From NCBI GenBank assembly GCA_029561175.1, contig JAKQJL010000041.1, positions 1 through 51,895 of the forward strand: a DNA stretch of 51,895 nt, written 5' to 3'. Position 1 is the stretch's first letter, and the number at the start of each line of letters is the position of its first letter. The translations under genes and the position numbers were made by a program. Below are positions 41,622-50,900 of the stretch, piece after piece. Origin of the DNA: a bacterium. GTDB lineage: Bacteria > Patescibacteriota > Microgenomatia > UBA12405. The notes under the pieces are model-generated. The model was not told the DNA's origin. It did no database searches and saw nothing but the letters and a program-made list of their open reading frames with translations.

Positions 41622-42752
41622 ATGTTTTCTCCGGTTTTTACCATTAATAATAAGATTCTTAAAAATATCTCGATTATTGAAGCGGCCAAAGCCATAATCG
41701 ACGAAGCCCCACTTATTCCTGCTTACGAAAAACAATTTCGAGAAGAAGCTATGGTCCGAACTGTCCATTACGGTACCCGAATTGAAGGTAATGATTTAAC
41801 TTATCAAGAAGTTGCCAAATTAGTTGAAGGCCGAAATATCACTGCCACCGATCGCGACATTCAAGAAGTAATTAACTACCGTAATGTTATGAATTATCTT
41901 GAAGAGTTATGGTCTTTGTACGAAGCCAACATGCCTCTTCCTGACGAAAAAACTGTCCCTCAATTTGATGATCAAGGCAAAAGACCATTTTTTTATAGCG
42001 AAAGCATTATTAAACGTATTCACGAATTAACTACTACCAAAATTATTTCTGAAACCGAATCCGGCAAATATCGTCATCAACAAGTGGTTTTAAAAAACAC
42101 CAAAACTGGCGAAATTGCTCATCGTCCACCTCCAGCCATCGAAGTACCTTATTTAATGACCGACTTTGTTGATTGGTTAAATCACCCTGTTTCGCGAGAA
42201 ATTCATCCAGTTATCAAAGCGGCTGTTTCTCAATATATTATGGTGGCTATTCATCCTTTTATTGAAGGCAATGGTCGGGTTTCTAGGGCCTTTTCAGTTC
42301 TACCTCTGACCGTTGAAGGTTACGACATTAAAAGATTATTCTCTCTCGAAGAATATTTTGATCGCAACGCTGAAAACTACTACAACACTATTCAGGCTAC
42401 CCATCAATTATCATCAGAAATTTTTAAACGAGATACTACCAAATGGATTGAATACTATACCGAAGCCTTAGCTATTGAATTAAATCGAGTTAAAGAAAAA
42501 GTTCAAGCATTGTCCCGAGACTTAAAATTCAAACAAAAACTTGGCGGTCATCAAGTTCACCTAACTGAACGACAAATCAAACTAGTTGAATACATGCAAC
42601 AGTTTGGGGGTTTAAGAATGCCCGATGCTCAATCTTTACTTCCCATGGTTTCAGACGATACAATTTGGCGAGACCTAAAAAAGCTAATCGACGACAAGGT
42701 GGTTATTAAAAAAGGATCCACCAAAGGCGCCTATTACTGTCTTGCTAACTAA
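41622..42752 (+). CDS. fic: Fic/DOC-family protein (probable AMPylase) with a C-terminal winged-helix domain
   Basis: Core motif HPFIEGNGRVSRA (HxFx[DE]GNGRxxR). N-terminal TRIEGN segment resembling the inhibitory Glu helix. C-terminus LTERQIKLVEYM... Confidence 0.88.
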   Translation: MFSPVFTINNKILKNISIIEAAKAIIDEAPLIPAYEKQFREEAMVRTVHYGTRIEGNDLTYQEVAKLVEGRNITATDRDIQEVINYRNVMNYLEELWSLYEANMPLPDEKTVPQFDDQGKRPFFYSESIIKRIHELTTTKIISETESGKYRHQQVVLKNTKTGEIAHRPPPAIEVPYLMTDFVDWLNHPVSREIHPVIKAAVSQYIMVAIHPFIEGNGRVSRAFSVLPLTVEGYDIKRLFSLEEYFDRNAENYYNTIQATHQLSSEIFKRDTTKWIEYYTEALAIELNRVKEKVQALSRDLKFKQKLGGHQVHLTERQIKLVEYMQQFGGLRMPDAQSLLPMVSDDTIWRDLKKLIDDKVVIKKGSTKGAYYCLAN

Positions 42753-44665
42753 TGTTAACCCTTAAAGATTTTAATTTAGAAACACTAACTCCCGATCAAA
42801 TTGGTCAGATTCTTATCGATGCCAAAAAAGCTTATTACACCACTAGTAAGCCCATTATGGACGATCACACCTACGATACCCTAGAAGAAATTCTCAAGAG
42901 ATTATCGCCTCATCATCGGCTATTTCAAAAAATTGGCCATCCAAATTTCGACACTGGCTTTGCTAAAAAAAATCACTCCATGCCCATGGGGTCGCAAAAC
43001 AAAGTTACCTCGCAAGCTGACTTGATTCACTATTTCGAACTAAAAAACATTCCACTCTCTACCGAATTTGTCATTCAACCAAAATGCGATGGCATCTCTT
43101 TAGAAATAATTTATCAACATGGCCAATTTGTTGAAGCTATTACCCGAGGTGACGGCCAAGTAGGCGATCTAATCAGTCAAAATGTGGTTAAAATGAAAAA
43201 CTTTGTTGCTCAAATTAGCTCTGATTTTTCTGGCTCGGTTCGTCATGAAATATTGGTCACCCAAACTGATTTTCAAAAATTAAATCAAATCAGTTCCGAA
43301 AAATATTCTAATCCGCGCAACGCTGCTTCTGGTTTATCTCAACGACTAGATGGCCAATTTGCAGAATTTTGCAGTCTTTACGCTGTCGATCTTTATCCCA
43401 GTACCATTTCCGAATCTGAAAAAATCAATTTTTTAAAAAACAATGGCTTTACTCCAGTTGAAAATTTTTTGGTAGATCATTTAAATCAAGTTGAATCAAT
43501 TTATCAACAATTTTTATCAAACAGAGCCAATTACCCTTACGACACCGATGGTTTAGTCATTAAAATTAACGATTATCAACTTAGTCAAAGTTTAGGCTTT
43601 AAAAACAATCGACCCAAATTCCAAGTTGCCTACAAGTTTCCATCTCAATCCAACACTACTGTCATTAAAAATATCACTTGGCAAGTTGGACCTTTAGGGA
43701 CCATTACTCCCGTCGCTCAAGTTGAACCAATTGAAATTTCTGGGGCCATTATTACTTACGCTTCTCTGGCCAACGCCTCGCTAATCATTGAAAAAAATAT
43801 TAATCAAAACGATATTGTCGAAATCAGTCGCCGCGGCGATGTTATTCCCCATGTCGAAAAAGTAATTACCAAAGTCACTCCTGGCCACACCACCATTCCT
43901 CAAAACTGTCCTGAATGCCACCACCAGTTAATTCAAGATCACAAATTTCTTCGCTGTCCTAACCCCAACTGTCTTCCTCAAATCATTGGCTCCTTAAATC
44001 TCTTTTGCCAAACCTTAGAAATCCTAGGAATATCTCAAAAAACCATCCAAAAATTATATTCAGAAAATCGAGTCAAATTACCTGGAGATTTTTATCTGTT
44101 AACTGTCAACGATATCAAAGATTTGGAAAACTTAGGTGAAAAAAGTGCTCAAAATATTATTTCCCAAATTCAATCTAAAAAAAGTCTTACTCTTAAACAA
44201 GTTTTTGACTCAGCCATTATCCCTAACTTTAGTGGTCAACGAATTGGGCAACTAATTTCTGCCGGTTTTGATACTCCTCAAAAAATTCTTGACCTTTCTT
44301 TAGATCAACTCTTGGCCATTAAGGGTTTTAAAACCACCCTAGCGCAAAAAATCATTGACGGTCTTCATCAACGCCGCCCATGGATCGAGTCAATTCTTTC
44401 TCAAGTTGAGCTAATAGCTAGCTCTAATTCTTCGCAACTTTCTGGGCTTACTTTTTGTATTACTGGTACCCTTTCTATTCCTCGAAACGATTTAATAAAA
44501 GTTATTGAATCTAATGGCGGCAAAATTACTTCTTCAGTTACTTCCCAAACTTCCTACCTAATTACCAACGAAACTAATTCAACTTCAACCAAGTTCACTC
44601 AAGCTCAGAAACTTGGAGTTAAAATCATTTCAGAAGCTGAATTTAATCAGTTAATTAATCATTAG
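42752..44665 (+). CDS. ligA: NAD-dependent DNA ligase
   Basis: Adenylation motif KCDGIS, OB fold, Zn finger CPECHHQL...CPNPNC, HhH repeats, BRCT (FCITGTL). Confidence 0.93.
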   Translation: MLTLKDFNLETLTPDQIGQILIDAKKAYYTTSKPIMDDHTYDTLEEILKRLSPHHRLFQKIGHPNFDTGFAKKNHSMPMGSQNKVTSQADLIHYFELKNIPLSTEFVIQPKCDGISLEIIYQHGQFVEAITRGDGQVGDLISQNVVKMKNFVAQISSDFSGSVRHEILVTQTDFQKLNQISSEKYSNPRNAASGLSQRLDGQFAEFCSLYAVDLYPSTISESEKINFLKNNGFTPVENFLVDHLNQVESIYQQFLSNRANYPYDTDGLVIKINDYQLSQSLGFKNNRPKFQVAYKFPSQSNTTVIKNITWQVGPLGTITPVAQVEPIEISGAIITYASLANASLIIEKNINQNDIVEISRRGDVIPHVEKVITKVTPGHTTIPQNCPECHHQLIQDHKFLRCPNPNCLPQIIGSLNLFCQTLEILGISQKTIQKLYSENRVKLPGDFYLLTVNDIKDLENLGEKSAQNIISQIQSKKSLTLKQVFDSAIIPNFSGQRIGQLISAGFDTPQKILDLSLDQLLAIKGFKTTLAQKIIDGLHQRRPWIESILSQVELIASSNSSQLSGLTFCITGTLSIPRNDLIKVIESNGGKITSSVTSQTSYLITNETNSTSTKFTQAQKLGVKIISEAEFNQLINH

Positions 44666-44688
44666 CAGTCGTCATTGGTGACTGCTAA
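44662..44688 (+). terminator. Hairpin overlapping the ligA stop codon (weak terminator, no T-run)
   Basis: TTAGCAGTC-9 nt-GACTGCTAA. Confidence 0.3.
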
Positions 44689-44749
44689 CAAATGTCTAAA
44701 ATTAGATTAAACCAATACATAGGCAATTAATCAACATATAACTATAACA

Positions 44750-45268
44750 ATGAATATCATAATAGGTCTAGGAAACCCCACCAAAGACTATCAACATACT
44801 CGCCATAACCTTGGTCAAGACATTTTAAAAGCCTATGCCCAAGCTGTAGATCAAAAGTTTACCCATCAGGCCAAAACCCAAAGTTATCTGTTTAATTATC
44901 GCCAAAATACTTTTGCTTATCCCGATTGTTACATGAATTTATCTGGTTATCCTGTTCAAAAATTATTAGCATTTTTTAAACTCAATCCTCAAAACTTAAT
45001 TGTCATTCATGACGATCTTGATCTTCCAGTAGGGGAGTGGCGCTACCAATTTGACCGTGGTCCTGCTGGTCACAACGGTATTAAATCAATTATTGAACAA
45101 TTAGGTACCCAATCTTTTTGGCGCTTTCGAGTTGGCATTGGCAAACCAACTAATCAAATCCCAATTGAAGATTATGTTCTTCAACCGTTTACTCCTGAAG
45201 AAAAGTTGGTAATCGCCAGTGTCACTGATAAAATAGTCACTGAACTTAAAAATCTTCTGGGCCATTAG
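44750..45268 (+). CDS. pth: Peptidyl-tRNA hydrolase
   Basis: IIGLGNP...YQHTRHNLG, MNLSG, HDDLDLP, GHNGIKS. Confidence 0.92.
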   Translation: MNIIIGLGNPTKDYQHTRHNLGQDILKAYAQAVDQKFTHQAKTQSYLFNYRQNTFAYPDCYMNLSGYPVQKLLAFFKLNPQNLIVIHDDLDLPVGEWRYQFDRGPAGHNGIKSIIEQLGTQSFWRFRVGIGKPTNQIPIEDYVLQPFTPEEKLVIASVTDKIVTELKNLLGH

Positions 45269-45330
45269 CTTATCTGGCAGAGCACCGCATTCGCATTGCG
45301 GAAAGGGCGGTTCGACTCCGCCATGGTCCA
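45259..45330 (+). tRNA. tRNA-Ala(CGC)
   Basis: GGGCCATTAGCTTATCTGGCAGAGCA; anticodon arm CCGCA/TTCGCAT/TGCGG; G3:U70 identity pair. The first 10 nt overlap the last pth codons and its stop. Confidence 0.88.
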
Positions 45331-45334
45331 CAGA

Positions 45335-45736
45335 CTACATTTGTTTAAAAAACCCGATTGTCATTGGGTGACAATTTTCTTTCAAAGCCTCGTCCTTGGT
45401 AAAAAATTTCAATTCTTGGCATTCATCTGATTTTGTAAAATCAAGATTTTCCAAAATTACCTTGTAAACCACCATTGCTTTCCAAATTCCATTTGAATCT
45501 TGCACTGTTACAAAAAATTTAGGCCGATTATCAATGTTATTTACGCTTAATCCCAATTCTTCTTTTAACTCCCGTTTTAAACAATCTATTGGGTTTTCTC
45601 CAAAATCTAACCCTCCTCCAGGAATCTCCCATTGTCCTTTTATATTTTTTGCTAACAACACTAACCCCGCTTCGTCCATCACCAATGCTTTAATACTCGT
45701 TCTATAAAAACAGTTTGGAATATCATTCATATTCAA
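45335..45736 (-). CDS. NUDIX hydrolase
   Basis: Nudix box GGGLDFGENPIDCLKRELKEELGL. Confidence 0.88.
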   Translation of the reverse strand: MNMNDIPNCFYRTSIKALVMDEAGLVLLAKNIKGQWEIPGGGLDFGENPIDCLKRELKEELGLSVNNIDNRPKFFVTVQDSNGIWKAMVVYKVILENLDFTKSDECQELKFFTKDEALKENCHPMTIGFFKQM

Positions 45737-45785
45737 ATTTTATCATCTTACTATTGGTTATATTCCTTATTAGTAATTAGCCCAA

Positions 45786-45806
45786 GCGGGGGATACACTC
45801 CCACGC
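45786..45806 (-). terminator. GC-rich hairpin downstream of the orphan gene (no U-run)
   Basis: GCGGGGG-ATACACT-CCCACGC: 6 bp with one G/A mismatch. Confidence 0.3.
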
Positions 45807-45879
45807 AGAATTTGGTATATTGATTTAAGTTCAGACATAAATTGGTTCCAATCTAGAACCCTGTAGTCCACACAACCAA

Positions 45880-46740
45880 TTAGTATTCCGGTGATCTTTT
45901 GGGCTTATTTTTACGACCTTCTTTTAATACACTAACAAATTGTTTTTCAGAATAGTTACCATACAAATCTACATCACCAAATCTAATCTGATTAACCTCG
46001 TCCCCATTACCAAACATTAAAACATCTGCTATCGATCTCTCTTTACCATCTATATTAACCATCGTAACTTCACACCAAGAACAACCACCACTATAAGTTT
46101 TTTTTGCAAACTGGATATACTTCAGCAAATCTTCGTTACTAACTCCAAAACGTACTTCTTGAGTTCTATCAGCAGATTCAATTAAATTACTACATTCAAA
46201 AAATACTCCTGAAGCAACTGATACTAAAACTCGAGCTTCATCTAAGGTTCCAACTTGTCCAGAGTTAACCAATTGTTCAGCTAAATTACATTCATAATTT
46301 CTATATCTTTTCATTTTTTCTTCAACATCTTTATCGATTCTTCCATCTGTCTGTTTTAATCTCAATTGAATTCCATTAGTTCTTTCAGGATCAACTTCAC
46401 AAAATTCCCTTACCATAAGTGCAGCTACACTCATTAAAGGATAATTTTCTGTAACTTTATCAACATCCAATCCATTAACATCATCATCGATATAATAATT
46501 TTTATGGAAATTTAGTTCCACTGACCCCGCATACATCTTTCTAACAGCTACAGTATTAACTCTCAATGCCGTACCCACCAAACTACACCACCTGTCATAA
46601 TCAACACCTTCAGGAGGAACACGAACATTATCTTCAAATGATAAACCAGAAGACTTTCTGTGATCAAGGGAATCACAAAATTGTCTTCTTGAATCACTAT
46701 AAATATCACGAGCAATATTTTGTAAATTATCTTTAGTCAT
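45880..46740 (-). CDS. Orphan cytoplasmic protein of unknown function
   Basis: ORF track (TTG at 46749). The ATG at 46740 (MTKDNLQNIARD) is preferred, with TATTAT at 46749-46754 lying 8 nt upstream. No TM or signal peptide. Rich in Arg/Glu/Asp/Val/Cys, unlike its neighbours. Basic tail KEGRKNKPKRSPEY. Confidence 0.55.
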   Translation of the reverse strand: MTKDNLQNIARDIYSDSRRQFCDSLDHRKSSGLSFEDNVRVPPEGVDYDRWCSLVGTALRVNTVAVRKMYAGSVELNFHKNYYIDDDVNGLDVDKVTENYPLMSVAALMVREFCEVDPERTNGIQLRLKQTDGRIDKDVEEKMKRYRNYECNLAEQLVNSGQVGTLDEARVLVSVASGVFFECSNLIESADRTQEVRFGVSNEDLLKYIQFAKKTYSGGCSWCEVTMVNIDGKERSIADVLMFGNGDEVNQIRFGDVDLYGNYSEKQFVSVLKEGRKNKPKRSPEY

Positions 46741-46823
46741 AGTTAACAATAATATAACATAGTAATTATCAATGTATTTTTAATTTTTGTTTGAATTTTT
46801 GGTAAATTATCTATAATTTAAAA

Positions 46824-47264
46824 CTAAAACAATTCTTCCACTTGTTTGACTATTTCCAAATCGTTGGTGTTTAAAGTTAATGCCCGCCAAACAACTTGAT
46901 CATCAATTTTTTTGTACCAAGTTATTTCTTTTGAATCTTTTTTAGTAAATTTACATTCATCTTCTTTTTCTTCCATTAAATAATCTTTATTCAACTGACG
47001 CATTCTAAAGCCCACCACCTCATCCCAACTCCCTTTCCAGTCAGTTTTATTAATCATCAATCGATAAGAGGAATTAGGGCCGTTAAACTCTAATCCTTTA
47101 GCATCTTTATTGTTTATCCAATTATTTGGAATTTCAATTTTTACCATCTCGTCTTTTTTTTCTTCAACAATCTCTTTCGTTATTATTTTTCCTTTCGAAG
47201 GAGTTTTACTCCACCACCAAAATCCAATTAAAAAAATTACCAAAATACTAATTATTTTTTTCAC
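46824..47264 (-). CDS. Hypothetical membrane-anchored protein
   Basis: MKKIISILVIFLIGFWWW anchor. 4-nt overlap with the upstream LytR_C gene. Confidence 0.5.
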   Translation of the reverse strand: MKKIISILVIFLIGFWWWSKTPSKGKIITKEIVEEKKDEMVKIEIPNNWINNKDAKGLEFNGPNSSYRLMINKTDWKGSWDEVVGFRMRQLNKDYLMEEKEDECKFTKKDSKEITWYKKIDDQVVWRALTLNTNDLEIVKQVEELF

Positions 47265-47911
47265 TGTTTATCTTTACCTACTATGACCACCACATCACCA
47301 CCAAAATCCTTTTCACCTTCGGGTAAATTTACTACTTTAGCTCCAATTGTTTTTGCTAATTCATCCGCTTTTGTTTTGGCCTGATTATTAACAGCGATCA
47401 CCACAGTTTGTAAATAATCTTTTTTAGTCGCCGTTTCTTTTTTAGTTACTTCTAAACCAATTACTTTACCAGCAATTTCTTTTTCAAATCTAGCCGCCAC
47501 TCCACTAGTATCAGTACCGTTTAAAATTACCAATTTAAAATTTGTTAAAACTACCGGTGATTGCTCACTTTGGTTTTGAGTTGCTTGAACCGAAGCCACT
47601 TCGACAATTATTTTTTTCGATGGTCGATACAAAATTGCTTTTGAAGCTAAAGGAAAAATCAATAACTTATCGCCATTTTGACAATTCATAAAAAATCTCT
47701 GGCTAACTAATTTTTCTTTATCGGTTACTGTCGCTAAAGTTGGTTGTTCTTCTGGAAGCATCATAATTTTTCCAATTTCGGTTACCAATCTTTTAATTTC
47801 TTTTTCTTCTTTATTACCTGAAACTTGTTGATATTGCCAATAAAAATATCCTGCCATCACCAAGGCTGCTGTTAATATTAAAAAGAAAATTATTCTTCCT
47901 ACAATTTTCAT
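47261..47911 (-). CDS. Membrane-anchored LytR_C-domain protein
   Basis: N-terminal TM. C-terminal FKLVILNGTDTSGVAARFEKEI...DVVVIVGKD matches the LytR C-terminal domain pattern. ATGA overlap with the giant gene. Confidence 0.65.
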   Translation of the reverse strand: MKIVGRIIFFLILTAALVMAGYFYWQYQQVSGNKEEKEIKRLVTEIGKIMMLPEEQPTLATVTDKEKLVSQRFFMNCQNGDKLLIFPLASKAILYRPSKKIIVEVASVQATQNQSEQSPVVLTNFKLVILNGTDTSGVAARFEKEIAGKVIGLEVTKKETATKKDYLQTVVIAVNNQAKTKADELAKTIGAKVVNLPEGEKDFGGDVVVIVGKDKQ

Positions 47912-50900
47912 ATTTCCATTTTAGCACTTTCTGTTGATTCTACCGTTGAGGGCAGGGGAGTTATTTCAATTGTTGGTACCAAAGTTGGGGACGGCGTTTC
48001 AGTTGGCATTAAAGTTGGTGTCGGTGTTGGATTCTGATATGTCTTTGGTTCTTTAACCGATAAAGCTGACCACGAGAATTTTAGTTTACTACTAATTGGC
48101 CGATTAAGTTTAATAGTAAAACCATTAGGATTTTGTTTGGTTACATAGTATCTAAAATCGCCATCTAAAACACTTCCTTCAGTATCATCCTCCACCATTA
48201 AACTAACGTTTACCACCGGAGCCACTTTAAATTCTTTTTCAAATTTCACTTCGATACTAGTTTCACCCACTTCTAAAATAGCAAACCCAGCCATTTCTTT
48301 GCTAAACATTGGAATACTTTCAAATTCAGTTTCACCTTTAAATAAAACTTTACCCCAAAATTCAGTCAATGCTTTTAACAAGCTATTTTCAGTTTTTGGT
48401 GTTGGAGTAACCATTTGAGTCGACTCACTCGACTCTTTGTCTTCAACAACTTGAGCCATCTTTTCCTCTAAACTTCCAATTTTATTGGTCCAAATTTCGA
48501 TACCTTCAATTTGTTTGGCTTTAATTTTATTAGCCAAAATAGTATCTGCCACCAATTCACCCGTAACCACTTGATCAGAAAATAATTGTGATGTGTTTTG
48601 GTTACTCGAATTATTTTTATAATCAGCTAAAAATTCTAAAATTTGTTCTTTGTTAGTAATTGTTTTTCCCATCGCTTCTTCGATAGGTACTCCCATATAA
48701 TCGGTTAAATTAACAAACATCATCACCATACCACATTTAGCCTGAGTATTACCAAATTCAGAAGTCGGACAAGCAATTAAATTATTTTCATCAATTGACT
48801 CCAAAGCTTTTCCAATCACTCTACCCATTTTTGTAGCTTTCATGGCTGTTCCTGGAATCGATCCTGAAGTTAATCGATCTCCAGTTCTAATTATCCCGTT
48901 TTCAGTACTTACCTTAACTGGCACTCTTCCTACCAAGGCTACTGGGTAAGAATTTTTAGTGGCATAACCAGCCACAAAACCTGGATCAGAAGAAACCACT
49001 CCCACCAAATCTGGTTGATACTGATATTTAGTCCGCTTAACCCCATGATTATTACTCGGATCAATTGCCACCACCTCACCTTTAGCCAATTCATCGGAAG
49101 AAGTATAATTTTCCGCCAAATCAGCCCCACCGCTATTAATCACTCCGTTTCCAGATGTATAAACATTACCATTTGAGCTAACTCTAAATACCGACATTCC
49201 GTCAGCTTTTAAATCCATTAGAGTCACATCTTTGGTAACGCTGTATTCATTAAGTGTTGGTTTTGAAAACTGTCTTAAACTATAGCCATTAACAGATCCT
49301 GAATTAACCCAATTGTCTGCTAAAACTCCACCGTTAGCCGGGAAAAATCTTCTGAAATTGAAATTAATACCCAACCATTTTTCACCACTAGAACCACCAA
49401 TCAACATTCCCGGACTGGTAATTTCTCGAACACTAGCCGATTGTAAACCCTCTTTGGTAGTTGAAGTTTTTACTTCAGCCGAAATCCCTGAATAATTCGG
49501 GCTCGCTTTCCAAGTTAAGGTTGAATTACTATCTAAATCTGGAACATAAAGTGCTTCCGATTTATACATACCCTTATCAATCCACAAAGCATCAGTAATA
49601 TTCACCACTGTTGAGGCATTTCCGATAACGGTAATATATTTACCATCATCTCGCTGAAACGATAATGATCCTGCTGCCACGTTAGCAGTTGTAGTTGGCC
49701 CCGTCACCATCGTACCTCCCAATCCAATATCAGCTGTCCAGGCATTTGCCTTTTCTTTATAAATGCTACTAGTAGCCACACCTCCCCCATGAACTATTAA
49801 CCAAGTTCCATCTCCTCGTTGCATTGCATGTGCTCCAGAGCCAGCCGAGGCTGTTAATACTGGACCAGCCAAAACCCTATTTGCTTCTGGACTATACAAC
49901 ATAGTTATTGTTGAAGCTGCACAAGCCGAACTAGCACCAGTTCCAGCGCTTGATCCTGCTCCTAAAACTACCAACCAATTACCATCAACCCGAGGAATTG
50001 CCATCGATCCCAAACCAATTCCTCGCCCAGCAGTAGCTGAAATATTTGGCGCCGTCGACGACACACTCATCGTATATGGATTAAATAAATTAGATCCCAA
50101 ACTTGGAGCCGAACAAGTTTCGTTGGTTGTTCCCATGGCCATTAAAAAGGTTCCATCAGCTCTGGGTATATACAACGCCCCCATTCCAATTGGCGACTTC
50201 GATTCCGGACCAGCAATTACTGTGTTAGCAAACGGATCATAAATTGTTGAAGTATTGGTATAATTTCCATGCCAAATCAACACTCTCCCGTTAGGTAACG
50301 ACATTACCATTGAACCTCGCCCCACATTTCCAATTAGACCCGGACCATTACTAAAAGTATTTAAAACTGGATCATAAATATTTGTTGCCGAACTACCATC
50401 TCCTAAAACTATCAAAAACTTACCATCTGGTCTTTTAAAAGACTGGGCTCCAATTCCTAATTTAGCAGTTGGATTAACAGTATTTAGCGATGAAGTCTGG
50501 CTAGCTTGATCATAAACCAAAGAGTAGGGGAGTGTTTGCCCAATTGCTAAAGTATAATTTCCATTTGGTCTTTTCATCGCTATTACCGTTTGCGAAGGAG
50601 CAATATTTAAAGTTTTATGTCTAACAAAACTACCCAATAACACAGTGTTATTTACTGGTGCCAAAGCTCCATAATCCACCGATGTCATTAGCGACAATCC
50701 TAAGTTTTTATCGGTATCATTAACTAAATTTACTTGAACCGGGCCCGATTCATCAGTACTGCCTCCAAAATCAAATTTAGTTTTATGAACCGCCGCTGAA
50801 TTATCAATCGTAAAATCATACAAAGCCGGATCACGATTACTTCTTCGATAACGAGTTTGATTTGCCTTTCTAATTCCCCAGTCCTGGTCCAAAAATGCCG

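Noticed and set aside
45101-45331. 76-aa minus-strand ORF
   Set aside because: It is antisense to the conserved pth 3' region and to tRNA-Ala, and has no independent support.
45326-45872. tRNA-Ala-associated integration island bounded by an att-like repeat (GTCCACA at 45326-45332 and 45866-45872)
   Set aside because: Only 7 nt are shared, no integrase is present, and the repeat would enclose only the NUDIX gene and an intergenic region. This is too weak to call.
45840-45881. AT-rich inverted repeat AATTGGTT...AACCAATT overlapping the stop codon of the orphan gene
   Set aside because: It has 8-bp A/T-rich arms with a 26-nt loop, so predicted stability is low. It is probably fortuitous.
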